Assembly (NCBI GenBank): GCA_973895155.1
Contig: OZ316894.1
Coordinates: 10,695,874-10,759,873 of the forward strand
Length of the DNA stretch: 64,000 nucleotides
Reading direction: 5' to 3'
From: Marsupella aquatica
Lineage: Eukaryota > Plantae > Marchantiophyta
In this document: positions 52,270 to 64,000 of the stretch, piece after piece
Layout of the letters: every line of letters starts with the position of its first letter
Position numbering within the stretch: the first letter of the stretch is position 1
Translations under genes and position numbers: made by a program
Notes under the pieces: model-generated
Database searches by the model: none
Seen by the model: only the letters and a program-made list of their open reading frames with translations
What the model was told of the DNA's origin: nothing

Positions 52270-52465
52270 CACAAAAGATGTAGCGACGCCCAAGATGTCG
52301 TTAAGAGAGCACAAAAGATGTAGTGACGCCCAAGATGTCGTTAAGAGAAAAGATGTCATGACGCTCAAGATGTCGTTAAGAGAAAAGATGTCGTGTCACC
52401 CAAGTGTCATTGACACAAAAGATGTCACTATGCCCAAGATATAGTTAAGAGAAAAGATGTTGTGA
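52270..52465 (+). repeat. ~35-40-bp minisatellite (AAAAGATGT..GACGCCCAAGATGTCGTTAAGAG), ~6 copies, decaying to ~52770
   Basis: AAAAGATG recurs at ~52273, 52313, 52348, 52383, 52417 and 52452. Confidence 0.8.
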
Positions 52466-53419
52466 AGTACAAATAGTCCATAAGTAAAGTGATGTATGTT
52501 AGCATATATGTTATCAAGTCTCCGTTGCACAAAAGGTGTTGTTGCATAAATACGTCCTTGCATTTACAATAATGTTAAATAAAATATATCATTAAGTAAA
52601 ATATGTGGTTGCTTGAAAGATGACGTTGCGCAAAAGATATCGTTCCACAAAAGACGTCAATGCGTAAATAGATGTAGTTGAAAATATCATGGTCCAAATA
52701 TATCTTTGTTAGAAAGATCTCATTGCGTAAAACACATTGTCGAGTGAAAGATGTCATGACACAAAGAGAGGCAAAAACCACTACCAAAGTACAACAAAAT
52801 GAGAATTATATTTATAATTGTTTTTGTAATTTATATCTTTTAAAACCTTCCTTCTTTTTTCACTATTTTTCTCATCTTGTCTTTGTCTCATTGATAAGGT
52901 TGTGCACTATTTTCTTGATTATGTAAAATATTTGTCATTAAATTCCTCTCATGATACATGCAGCACTTCCTTTGCATGGATGATATGGCATGGGGCATAG
53001 TATGGCATGGATGGTAGAGGGAGGAGCATGGGTAGCATGGATGGTAAAGGGGAAGTCTTTGTACTTTTCTTGCTTGGAAAAACGTGTTCACACAAAACAT
53101 AGTGAATTTATCTTATTCATTTTCTCTTTATTTACAGTTTCTTTTTCTTTCACTTAAAAAGCCTCTCCAAATTTGAATGAAGACCACTTCAAAAAGTGGT
53201 GCAACTCTGTATTATAGTTTTTGATACTTTTTTGGGAAGTTATTTGAGACAGTAACCCCAACCCAAACAGACATTATCATACATAATACTTGTCTAGGAA
53301 GTTTTTTGAGCTTTGTGGGGAACAGGTTTCAGATAGTAACCCCAACCCAAGGAGTCATTTTATCACACTTAAAGACTTTGAAGATTTTTTTCTTTGTATT
53401 TTTTAGTGCATTAATTTCC

Positions 53420-54918
53420 CATACAGAGTCGCGGAACTTGACTACCTTAACACTTAGCTCCGGCGGCGCTGACTCCGAAGCCAAGCTCCCTTATGGTCCA
53501 GGCCCGGATAGGCCATCCGGGGAGGACTTAGCATGGGGAGACTAATGGGCAATGAGACATGGCACGAGCGAAGGCAAGGAGCCAAGCTAGTGACACACAC
53601 TAAGGACTTAGGCTAGGTGAGAGCTGGTCGGGTCAAGGGGAAAGGGGCCGGACTCAAGGTCGGCCATTCGGGCTCCGGACGGACTTTGAGTTCTGAGTGC
53701 TTGAGTGTGAGCTCCTCTTGGGCCCAAGGCCAATGGAGTTGACGCCATGGGCAATGGACGCTTGGGGCGTGAGTTAGGGTCCGATCCAAGTTTGGCCGAT
53801 CGGGGACCCCAAGCTGCGATGAGACCTGAAGGCCTAGGCATGAGCACTGAGTCGACCCAATCACAACGGGCTAAGGCACTCCACTTGCGGACTTTTAACG
53901 AGAAAGTTATGGGCGTTGCCAGTTGGTGGCTTGCCACTATGCGCGATAGGATCCGGGTTGGAGGCCAAATGTTTAGTGACCAAAGTTGGTCCAGGGGTGG
54001 CAGGTCTCCAGAAGCATATATGAGGGGAGTGGTGTCTCCCTGGGGGCCAAGGGCGAGCCGAAATCGTGAGCCGCGGCAGTCGCGACACTAAGGAAAAGTG
54101 TCAAACGGAAATGACGATATCTTCCCAATGGGAAGTCGGTTGGAGGACTTCTTGGGTGTGTTGGAAAGCACTCAAGGAGGGATAGACCTCCTGAGCTCAG
54201 CTGGGTTTGTGGGCACCATGGGTTCTTGAGGTTTGCGGGTGTTAGCTCATCCGCTTGCCAAATCCTGCCGAACAGCGGCCAAGCCGTGTTCAGTATCCCA
54301 AGGGAGCTTGCGTTGGGGAGGCAAGGCCAAGTAGGCGTGGAGGTTGAGTTCCAAAGGTGCTCGGCCCCTAGACCATCAGTGGGGCGAGAACCGGGAGTTG
54401 GTTTCTAGAGTCCGGGCCATTATGGTCCCGACATGTTGGGACAAGCTTTAGGACAAGCTACGCTACTTGGGCGTGAGCATGTCCTGGGGTCAGGGCGGTC
54501 AGTTGGTGATGGATAGGTACGAGGGGGAACCCGGGCCGCGCCCAAGGAAGGAGTTGTTCTGGACGAACAGTGGGCGTGGGTTCTAGTTCCGGCTTATGGC
54601 ATTGGGAGGACCTATCATTGACCTATTTACCAAATAATTTATGTTGAGCTTGAGTTCTAGATCCTGAAGGGTTACTTACCGAGGTGCTTGGTTGCTTGTG
54701 CAGACAATAAGGACCATTGAGTAGCGGTCGTGTTGGAGACGGGGTTGGAGAGCAAGTGCACCTTCGTATGGGAGGAGCCGCGGGTGGTGCAAGGGGCACT
54801 AGGTTGCTTGCTCAAAGTATTCCGTGGAGGCGTTCGGGCACCAGAGCACTTAGGCGTGGGTGCTGGGATTGGTGAGGGCGCTGGGTGGCGAGGTCCACCA
54901 CTTACAGCCTCCCTTCTT
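53420..54918 (-). mobile_element. GC-rich LTR-retrotransposon remnant (PPT plus 3' LTR-like sequence)
   Basis: On the minus strand a polypurine tract AAGAAGGGAGGC (54907-54918) is followed immediately by TGTAAG (from 54906). The downstream GC-rich sequence has no credible coding similarity. Left boundary uncertain. Confidence 0.4.
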
Positions 54919-54924
54919 GTGAGG

Positions 54925-55262
54925 AGGGCATTATGTGAACTATCACAAAAATAGGAAAGGTAAAACCCAAATATAGAGTTACCAAATAAAATAACATAAT
55001 AACTTGTATCAAAATCATAAGATTTGTTTTTAACTTCTTTCATGCCTTTGGCCAATTGTAGGCCCTTTTGTTTGTATTTTCTATTCAAAGATTCACTTTT
55101 TCTTGTTTGTTACTGAAAAATCACCCAAGTTTTTAAGCACATTAATGTCCTAGTTACTGGCATTATGAAAATAATGCCCTCAAGACTTGGGCTGTCGCCC
55201 TTGTTTTTCAGGGCATTATATATCATCATGCCCTCTAACCATGACATTATCCTATTCATAAT
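54925..55262 (-). repeat. Inverted copy (C) of the GGGCATTAT/ATAATGCCC repeat family
   Basis: The reverse complement of 55105-55262 matches 41773-41935 (ATTATGAATAGGATAATGTC...AACTAGGACATTAATG...CAGTAACAAA). Confidence 0.8.
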
Positions 55263-55264
55263 AC

Positions 55265-55702
55265 TTGTCTGGAAAAGGGGTAGCGAGGATCATCAATTAT
55301 CAATTTTGTCGCCTTGAAATTTCTGAATCTCAGCTGAGCAGTTGAGATGGGGCCTTCGCACTTTCGCGCATCTCAATTGACCTCGGCAAGATCGGTGTAA
55401 GGACAAAAGAAACAAAGAAAAAAAAATTTAAAAGGTATGAAAATTTTGAAGTAAAAAAAAGTTCCAAATTTTTTTTTGACAAAATTGGGTGTTCGTACCG
55501 TACGAACATCTGGCTATCCGTACGGTATAGACACCCATAGTGAAATTTCTCTACCCAATTTTGAGAAAAAAATTCAAATTTTTTTTTCACATTTTTTTTG
55601 GCGCCGCAACTTGGTCGCCTATCTGAGATGATGCGGCAACTGATATCCGGTCAACTGATGGAAAACACTGATAACTGATGATGTAGCTTTACTCTCCAGA
55701 AA
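55265..55702. mobile_element. Fold-back MITE-like element with long imperfect inverted arms
   Basis: Arms TCTGGA...ATCATCAATTATCA / TGATAACTGATGAT...TCCAGA and CAAAATTGGGT / ACCCAATTTTG surround a central hairpin that includes the palindrome TGTTCGTAC-C-GTACGAACA. Confidence 0.55.
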
Positions 55703-55879
55703 AACATTATCGGGCAAGACTTTCTAGGCACAAGGTTATGGAAATGGTGGCACCTAGTAGAAAAGGGTACAAACCTTTAACTTTTGGTAACCTTTCTTCC
55801 TCACAAGAATTATGTATAGGATAATGACATCTAGGTGCAGGGTTACTAGGCTATAATCCTACGACCAGAACTCCAACCC

Positions 55880-56595
55880 AGATAGTCATTATAGTACGTA
55901 AATTAGTCAGGATAAAGTAAACGATCATGACTTTCTAGGGAGTAGATTATGGAAATGACTGGGACCTTGAGAAATGATTAAACACCAGTAACTTTTGTTC
56001 CATACCAAATTTACGGAATGTAACCATCATTATAGTATGTAAATTAAGTACAGATAAAGTAAACGATCATGACTTTCCGGGTAGTAGATTATGGAAATTA
56101 CTGGGATCTTGAGAAATGATTACACACCAATAACCTTTGTTCCATACCAGATTTATGGAATGTAACCATCATTATAGTATGTAAATTTAGTACGGATAAA
56201 ATAAACGGCCATCACTTTCTAGGCCATAGATTATGGAAATGACTCGGATCTCAAGAAATGATTACACACCAACCATAATCTTTGTTCCTTACCAAATTTA
56301 TGGAATGTAACAGTCATTATAGTATGTAAATTTAGTATTGATTAAGTAAACAATCATGACTTTCCAGGCAGTAAACTATGGAAATGACTCTGATATCAAG
56401 AAATGATTACACACTAGTAACCTTTGTTCCATACCAAATTTAGGAAATGTACCAATCATAATAGTATGTAAATGTAGTATGGATAGTAAACGATCACAAC
56501 TTTCCAGACAGTAGATTATGTAAATAACATGGACCTTTGGAAAATGGTTACACACAGGTAACCTTGGTTATGTGCCAAATTTGCAGAATGTAACC
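55880..56595 (+). repeat. Tandem array of ~142-bp units (5 copies plus a degenerate upstream unit)
   Basis: CATTATAGTA(C/T)GTAAAT at 55887, 56028, 56170, 56315 and 56457 (periods 141-145). Units share GATTATGGAAATGA, GAAATGATTACACAC and TTTGTTCCATACCAAATTT. Confidence 0.92.
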
Positions 56596-57457
56596 TCGTC
56601 CAACTCATGGGTTACCCTAGTTGTGGGCACGAGGAGAGAGGGTTTAGCATCGCCCATATTTTAATCCAACACTCGATTCTGCAGACGCAATTGGGGAGGG
56701 CACAATGTAGGCTCCGGGTTTGGCACTGAGGGGAGAGATGGTGAGGGACTAGACGATTGGTGCAACATGGCCATCACCAATTGCCGTATAGCTGTAACAT
56801 TATGGCTTTTTCTACATCTCAACAGTGTTGCGTTGTTACCTAATAGCCGATCACCTTACCGTTTAGGATTAAGTTTTTTAAAGTATGTGAGGTCTCCGGC
56901 TAACCAGGTGTTTGTCCTTTCTTAAACCGCTCGATTGAGTTTACCGAGGGTAAATACGAGTTTCACACACACCTTGGCTTTTGCCAAAAAACACCCAATC
57001 ATCCACTCATATCACACACTTGGCATTTTTTGGTGAGAAAATGACCATGCACTGTCCATTGTTGCGGTTTTTGCCACCCTCTACCACTCGTTTTTGAATT
57101 TTGAATTTTGAATTCTTTGAATTTCTGCAACCTTACCCAATTCTTTGTCTTCCGGGCTGAAAATACCGACGCCGGGAAGCGCTGACACAAGGCGTCCTTA
57201 ATCTCTACAAAGCTTGTTGAACTGTCATACCAGCATTCTGCTCTTAAAGCTTGTTTGCAGTGTCTTGTCAGAATCGCCGCTGAGTTTTTTCCACACTCTG
57301 GTGTAGACTACATCTCGGGCCCGACATTTGACTTGCGCTACCTCCCTACACAGATACTCAATCATCGTGGCCCGCTTGCACTCTCACAGGACCACCCGAC
57401 ATTTGCCCGCAAGATCTTCAGCTTCGAAACTTTGCCCTTCTGGGGCAATCCCAACAC

Positions 57458-60400
57458 ATGACCTCGAGCACACTACATACCGACCTTCCCTCATCATCCC
57501 CACGGTAGATAACAATGACATAGTATGCATCCCCCAGGAGATTCTACAGTAGGGCAGTTGACAGATTTTTGGGAACAAATTGGTGTTGGGCTTTGAATCC
57601 GAATTTGACTCTCGACAGGCCCATGACTGGATTGCAGCATTCAATCAGGAAAACGAGACCAAACTGAGTCTACATGACGAGCTAGCCAATGCGCTCTTTG
57701 TGGTCCAATTTGATGCAAATCTGGGGGACCACATCAAGCCAAAGCTACTACATCAATCTCCACTCAAAGCACTCGACAACTACGCAGCAGTGAACGACTA
57801 CAAGGCCAACTTTGACCCGTGTAGTTAGTTGGACTTCAAACACCTGGTAACTCTATATATCCAAAAAGGCAACCTTGAGATTTACGAATTCATAAAATAT
57901 GTTGTTGCACCCCTTGGTCGTTTCCTCCGTGCTAAGCTGGCCCCAGGCAAAGAACACCATCAGATCTTGGCCATTGTCGAATCCCACTGTGAAGATTTTC
58001 CCTAATAAAGGGAACTTCCTTCTCACCTGGGGGTGTCCACGGTTGTATTTGACTACGTAGGCAGAAATCTTTGGTGCTACTTCTGTTTCTCCTATAGACA
58101 CTTGGCATCTGAATGCCCCCCTCCACGACCGTCACACATTACAAATCAAGGCAACAAATTTAGCACTCTTGGTGGAAGGACCACTCAACCCAGCACTTCC
58201 ACACCCACAATACCCCGCAAGGAATGTTTGGATTGGGAAGTGCTCCAACAATGCCAGGAGTCAGTTTACAAAGCTAGAAAGGAGGTGCCCGCGTATTGGC
58301 ATGAGAAGGTTGAGCAACAACAACGGGAAGAAGCATAATTGCAGCACCTGGCCATAAGGGCGGAGGTTTTTGACGCGGAGCGGGCATCCAAGAGTAAAAA
58401 TAATCCGGCATCATCCTCAGAGCACAACTCTAATAAGCAACCAGCCTCTGGCACTTCAAAGAAGGGGAGAAGAAGAACAACCAAACGGCCTCTTACCCAA
58501 CAACCGGGATTGACCAGTCTCAATTCTAGACAACAGGGGCTGGAGACATCTTGTGAGAAAGTAGTATGAGGAGCAATTGGGACTGGTGCTAGAATGGAGG
58601 CAAAAGGCGACGAGACCACACGAGATACAACGACACCTCCTGCAACCTACAACATCCCCAACCTGCCTCCTCTAAACCCACAAAGGCCCCCCAACCAAGT
58701 GTGGACGATCAAGCCAAGGGAGGGACAAGGCGTGGGCACCAAGTCGGGATCTATTCAACCAATTGAAGTCAAGGTGACATTCTCTGTGGGCAAGACGTTG
58801 CCCCAGGATATCATAACATTTCCAATACTACCTCTCAACTGTGAGAATATCACAATTTGGAAATGCCCAAATCACCGATCGGCATCAGACACAAAATTTG
58901 ACCCGTCACTTGTTGCCATTGTTGACGAAACCGGCCCCCCTGCCAAGCACCAAAGGATCAAGGCAACCTGGGCCCTGTGCTATCACCCAAAAAGTCTCTG
59001 CTAAACTGCAATGGCCTCACTCAACATTGTATCATACAACCTCAGGGTCTAGCATCCAGGTGACGTCAGCTCAAAGCTTGCTTCATCCTGGAGGGGCTTC
59101 ATCACAACCTTGATATTCTATGCATTCAGGAGCACAAGCTCCGGAGGGGCAAAATGCTGAGGCTTCAGCATGAGGTTTGGCGTTTTGCCCACTAAATTAT
59201 TGCTCCTGCCGCTGATGGGGTTCACTCCATCATAAATAAACGTGTTATTGCTGGATCAGGGTGTATGGCCATTGCTATTAATTGTAAGCTTCCACCCTTT
59301 GTGGTTTTGGAAGGATCTCTCCCCTTCGGGAGAGCTGCATGGTGCAGCATTGTACATGTGAGATTTGGGAAGGTGGGTGTTCTGGGGGTTTATGCCCCAA
59401 ACGTAGCAAGGGAACAAACTGAACTCTGGCGGGCCATGTTCACTACAATGGACCCCTCCTTTTGGTGGATCGTGTTGGGGGACTTCAATGTGATCGATAG
59501 AAGATGATGAGGGTCGGAGGGGGGAGGGGGAGCAACATTGGCAAGAAGTGAGATGCAGGCCTGGTGCCATTTCAAATGACACTTCCACTTGGAAGACTTG
59601 TTTGAACATCGACCCGGACATCTGTGTTTCAGCTGGGACAACAAAAGACTCTTTCACCATACTCCAGGAATTCAGTTGGGTGGGGCATTGGGAAACCCGA
59701 TTCTACGTTGTCTGGATAGGATTTATGCTTCAACCGGGGGGGGCACGCCAACAAATTTAAAATTGTCTCCACTATTATACTTGGATTCACTCTCTTGGAC
59801 CATGCTCCTGTTGTGGCTGTCTTGTCCCCTACCACCTTGATCCAACGACCATCCCAACACAGAATGAACACTAGCCGCCAACATGAGAAGATGTACGAGG
59901 AGAGGATCTCAAATATGTGGGAGTTGGAGGAATCTAAGGGTGCGGAACGAGGTTTGGCTGCAGACAAGATCCTTCTTCACTGCCTGGGAAAGGCCCAAAA
60001 ATTGACATAAGCAAGGGCAAGAGGAAAGCCGCAGAATGTAGAAGCAAGGAGGATGGGTTGCGTTAGGGTCTGTTTGGGGCTCAATTATGGCTGGAATGTG
60101 ATGCCAGTAATGAAGCGACCCAGGCCGCGGTGAAGGAGGCAGAGGCAATTCTTCAGGAATTTGAGAAGGTGCATACGCAATGGATGGATTACATTCTACA
60201 ATCACGGTGGATTGAAGATCGAGATCGCTGCTCCAAGCTATTCTTTAAATCCTTTAGAAGCCTGACCATCAATAGCCAAATTCACCAGCTATTCAACGAG
60301 GATGACCAGTTGATTGAGGACTAGGAGGGGATGGCAGGGACCGCTACTAATTTCTTTGTGGAATTACTTGGGCAGTCTGCGGGCTGTCACCCCGAACACC

Positions 60401-62058
60401 TGGCTGAGGTACTGTCGATGTAAACTGAGAGCATCAGTGAGGAGCATCAGTGAATGCCCCACTATCAATCGATGAGCTTAAGATGGCAGCCTCCGCCCTA
60501 GCCCGTAACAAATGTCCAAGCCCTAATGGCATTCCAGCAGAATTTTTTGTGGTTGATTGGGATATATTTGGCCCTACCTTACATAAGTCGTTGCCCTGGG
60601 GATGATGGAAGGAAGTTTGTTACCTGAATTTACCCGTGGCCTTGTCGTTCTTCTCAACAAGAAAGGAGATCAACGTTATCTTACCAATAAACCTCCTATC
60701 ACTTTGCTGAACGTAATGTACAAGATAGGGGCCAAGGCAGTCCAACTACGTCTTACTCCAATCCTCCAACATTTCATCACGCCGCAATAGTTTGCTTTCC
60801 TTCCAAGGTAGAATATTCACCATTCACTATTGCTGCTTAATGAAACCATCCACCAGGCAAAGTCCACAGGACTGGATTACATTATACTCAAGCTGGATGT
60901 CACAAAGGCGTTTAACAAGTTGGAATGGGGATTTTTGGTAGTGCTCTTGGAGCAGGCTGGATTTGGGGGACTGCTCACACAATTCTTGGGGCCACCTAGG
61001 CCTCAACGTCTTCATCCATTCTCATCAATGGTAAAATGACTACTCCCTTTAACTTGGCCCGGTCGGTCCGACAGGGATGCCCCTATCTCCATTGTTGTTC
61101 TTGATTGCAATTGACGCTCTGAGCATAATGATATTTTGGGAAGCCAACAAGGGTACGTTGCAAGGAGTACATTTCCCCTTGGTCAATGTCCATTGCATAC
61201 ACAACCTCTTTGCGGACAATCTGGCTATGATTATTAGGGCGGTGAGGGAGATTGTCAACAACATCAAGAGGTTGTTGGATTGTTTTGGCAAGGCATCGGG
61301 TTTATTCATCATCTGGGAAAAAACCAAGGTGACGTTCATCTCCCCTAGAAGGATCCCGATTGAATTTTGATGATTACCTTGGAAGTGGGAGGATGCCAAG
61401 ACTGCCACCAAGATTTTGGGCGTCCCCTTTGCAGATGGCATCTCGGAGCAGCAGATGATTGGTAATCTCATTGAGAAGTTGGAATCTCAGTTGGATAAGA
61501 TCAGAAAGACCTCTGGATCCCTTGCAGCTCGTGTCATCGTGGTCAACCACCTCGTCCTAAGTACACTTTGGTTTGAGTTGGCAGTATGGGCTGGGAAACA
61601 GTGCACCCTGGATGCTCTGCAAAAGAAAATCACAACCTTCATTTGGGCTGGGTAGAACGAGAAAGCACAACCTCGAGTCAATTTTGTGATGATTTGTTGT
61701 CCAAAGAGATTTGGGGGATTGGGTCTCATCTCACTCTCGGCACAATGCAGGGCTCTCACCGGGAACTTCATTCTTTGGGCCATTGCTGAGGGTGACCATC
61801 CTCTTAGGAGCATACTGCAGCAGAAAATCAAGATGCTCTCATTAAGGAAATGGGGAACCGATGATTTCTCTTGGGTGGTCTCTAGATGCCACACTCTACC
61901 TCGGGATGGCTCACAGGTCTGGGATTTGCAATGGGTGGAACGTGATCAAGAAAAAATTGAGACCTTCTACTCCTGCCCACATGGAAGGGTGGCTTGAACT
62001 TCCTCTTTGGAGACCTCATCTTAACCACATCGACCACAAGCTGGCTAAGTGCTCTAGG
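57458..62058 (+). mobile_element. Decayed L1-type LINE: ORF1 (zinc knuckle) and ORF2 (APE endonuclease + RT), many stops and frameshifts, 3'-truncated
   Basis: ORF1: CYFCFSYRHLASEC. Endonuclease: NCNGL, CIQEHKL, GVYAPN, WIVLGDFNV, LDRIY, DHAPV. RT: LLNKKGD...PITLLNVMYKI, KLDVTKAF, VRQGCPLSPLLF, LFADN. Post-RT: GGLGLI. Confidence 0.9.
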
Positions 62059-62540
62059 AATCCTCCTGGATGGTTGAAGAGAGGAATTGGCCGGTGCTGC
62101 AAATAAAATTTGTTGGGAAAAGCGTGTATTTGGTGGTGTTTGAAACTGCGGATCATCGGGACCTTGCTCTGTCATCTGCCCTATGGTTCCTCGAGCGCAA
62201 GTTTGTTTATACATTCCCATGGGACCCTTCATTTGACATATATTCGGGTTGAAAAGTTCACTAAGCTTCATGTCTGGATTGAGCTCCCTTTTTGAGCTGT
62301 GGTGCTGGAAGGATGTAGAAGTAAGATTGTTGAATCCTTAGGCAAGCTGTTGCACTACATTCAAGGGGAAGAGTACAGTTCTTACCCCCATGACAGAGCT
62401 TGTATTCTCTGGGATAGTGAGCGTGAGGTGCCTAAGAGTGCTTGTGTAAGGATAAGGGACGATATAATTATCTGGCAGCCGATACTATTCAAGAACATAC
62501 CATATCATTGCTTTAAGTGCAACAGGAAGGGTACGTCACT
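62059..62540 (+). mobile_element. Fragment of a second LINE ORF1 (DUF4283-like plus CCHC knuckle)
   Basis: YLVVFETADHRDLAL...PWDPSF, VWIELPF, YHCFKCNRKG. Confidence 0.7.
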
Positions 62541-62621
62541 TGGCTCAGGAGTGCAGGGAAGGGAGAGATGTAGTGGCAGAACATCTTCTACCGCTTCCGC
62601 TGCTTCAACATCTTCTATCGC

Positions 62622-62667
62622 TTCCTGCAATCCATGCCAAGACAAATCTTGGCATGGATTGCAGGAA
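62622..62667. repeat. Perfect 21-bp inverted repeat with a 4-nt loop
   Basis: TTCCTGCAATCCATGCCAAGA-CAAA-TCTTGGCATGGATTGCAGGAA. Confidence 0.95.
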
Positions 62668-63170
62668 AAGGGGAATGTGTTGAACCGGTACTGGCATTTG
62701 ATAAGGCGAGCTGCAACATGAGAAAGATGTACTGTATTGAAAAGCAAGGGTCACCTAAGAGAAGAGAGGAAGAAATGATGATGCTGCAAAATCAACTTGG
62801 GGTGCCGAAGTCGGCAATAATGGAAGAATACTCTGAAAATGAACTTAAGGAATATGTTGATACAGAAGATTTACTACATGCTGCTGAGTTAGAGGAGGCA
62901 CACAGGGGAAGAAGACTTGCAAGAATTAAATGGCTGGGAGAGGGAGATGAAACCACCCAACAAGAACAAACTAGTGAATAAATAATGAAACCACAACATG
63001 GAAAGGATCCAAGATTGAAATTGATCGATGGGTTTATTTGCAAGATCATGAAGCTACAAACGATTTAAAATTAGAGTGAAACAGGATGTGAGTGTTATGG
63101 AGCTCAGATTGGCACATAGGCTCATCCAACATGACACATAACTTTGATACAACACTTAATATATTTCCAG

Positions 63171-63345
63171 AGACTTGTCCAGGTATGTATGATGGACCCA
63201 CAAAATGAGGTGTGTTACTTGATGGGACCCTGAGTGATTTAGACCATTGATAGACCTTAGATAAAGGTACCAAAGTGTAAGGGGTCCCATTAAGTAACAC
63301 CTTTCATTTTCATTTTGGGGTCCATCAAGCAAATACTTCAAGTCT
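63171..63345. mobile_element. ~175-bp fold-back (MITE-like)
   Basis: AGACTTG...GATGGACCCACAAAATGAGGTGTGTTACTTGATGGGACCC pairs with GGGTCCCATTAAGTAACACC...CATTTTGGGGTCCATC...CAAGTCT. Confidence 0.65.
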
Positions 63346-64000
63346 TGTTTATCATATTGAATTTAAGATCCCCTTTAGGGAGATGGGAGGACGGGGCCCA
63401 CAACTAATTTAACTCTACAAAAGGGCCAAAGGGAGTAAAAAGGGGGAGTAAAAGGGGTCCAAAATGAAACAGGAAATATATATATATATCACAAAAGGGG
63501 GCAAACAAAGTGTACTAAAGAGCAAACAAAAGAAGTCCAAAAAGGACAAACACTAAAGAAGAGCCCATTGCAACACCTAAAATACAGGAAGGGGAAAAAG
63601 TGAGCCCACCACCATCAATGTGCATTTCTGTTCTAACATTTGTATGGGAAACGTCGAGAGAGGGTTATTACCAAAGGAGCATGACCTAAACCCTTGAGAG
63701 AAGCGCAAAGGCCTACGGTACAAATAACTGCTTAGAATCGACCTTCGAAGGCGATGATGATTCGAACGAACTTGGATTTGGATATGGAGGGCGATCGGTT
63801 GACGAAGGGCTTCTTTCCGAACTGAGTATCGATGTTCAGCTCCTTCAGTGTCGAAGCGCAGGCTTGGAACAGTTCTGTGGAGATCAAGGCAGCAGCGGGG
63901 CTTGGAAGCAGCGAGCAGCGGAGTTTTAGGGTTTAGGGTTTGCTAGTACTGTGGAGAAGGAAGCCAATTGGTGAGGTATCAAAAGAGTTTAATCTGAGTG

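Noticed and set aside
52270-52465. 35-40-bp repeats as CRISPR direct repeats
   Set aside because: Head-to-tail units without spacers; a minisatellite.
53608-54408. GC-rich ORFs on both strands
   Set aside because: No gag/pol or host motifs; expected by chance in GC-rich LTR-like DNA.
55880-56595. Regularly spaced repeats as a CRISPR-like array
   Set aside because: The whole 142-bp unit is repeated with no unique spacers, there are no cas genes, and the context is eukaryotic.
63420-64000. Purine tracts and TTTAGGG pair as a retroelement end or gene start
   Set aside because: Cut by the window edge; not enough sequence to classify.

Overview
Eukaryotic nuclear DNA from a land plant. The intron-rich genes, TTTAGGG motifs and TE content suggest a bryophyte, possibly a liverwort, but this is an inference. 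Host genes: a ~36-exon proteasome activator PA200/PSME4 (+, 8700-26233), a 5-exon SEC-C/YchJ-like protein with a probable plastid transit peptide (+), a renalase-like FAD oxidoreductase (-), and three intronless CDSs: ESCRT-III CHMP1/VPS46 (+), a strongly divergent GGPP-synthase-like protein (+) and CstF-50 (-). The rest is TE-rich: a probable CACTA end, a complete but mutated two-gene PIF/Harbinger-superfamily element (2807-7177), MITEs/fold-backs, decayed L1-type LINEs, LTR remnants and a ~142-bp tandem array. Three observations stand out. (1) The intact GGPPS-like ORF has lost IPP-binding and FARM residues but kept the SARM, so it may be a neofunctionalised terpene synthase or a regulatory subunit. 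(2) The Harbinger-type element has an AAT target duplication, supported by a paralogous empty site in the same window, and a SHOCT-like tail on its accessory protein. (3) A D-armless tRNA-like cloverleaf lies at 1622-1685. All homology calls come from motif recognition by eye; no searches were run.
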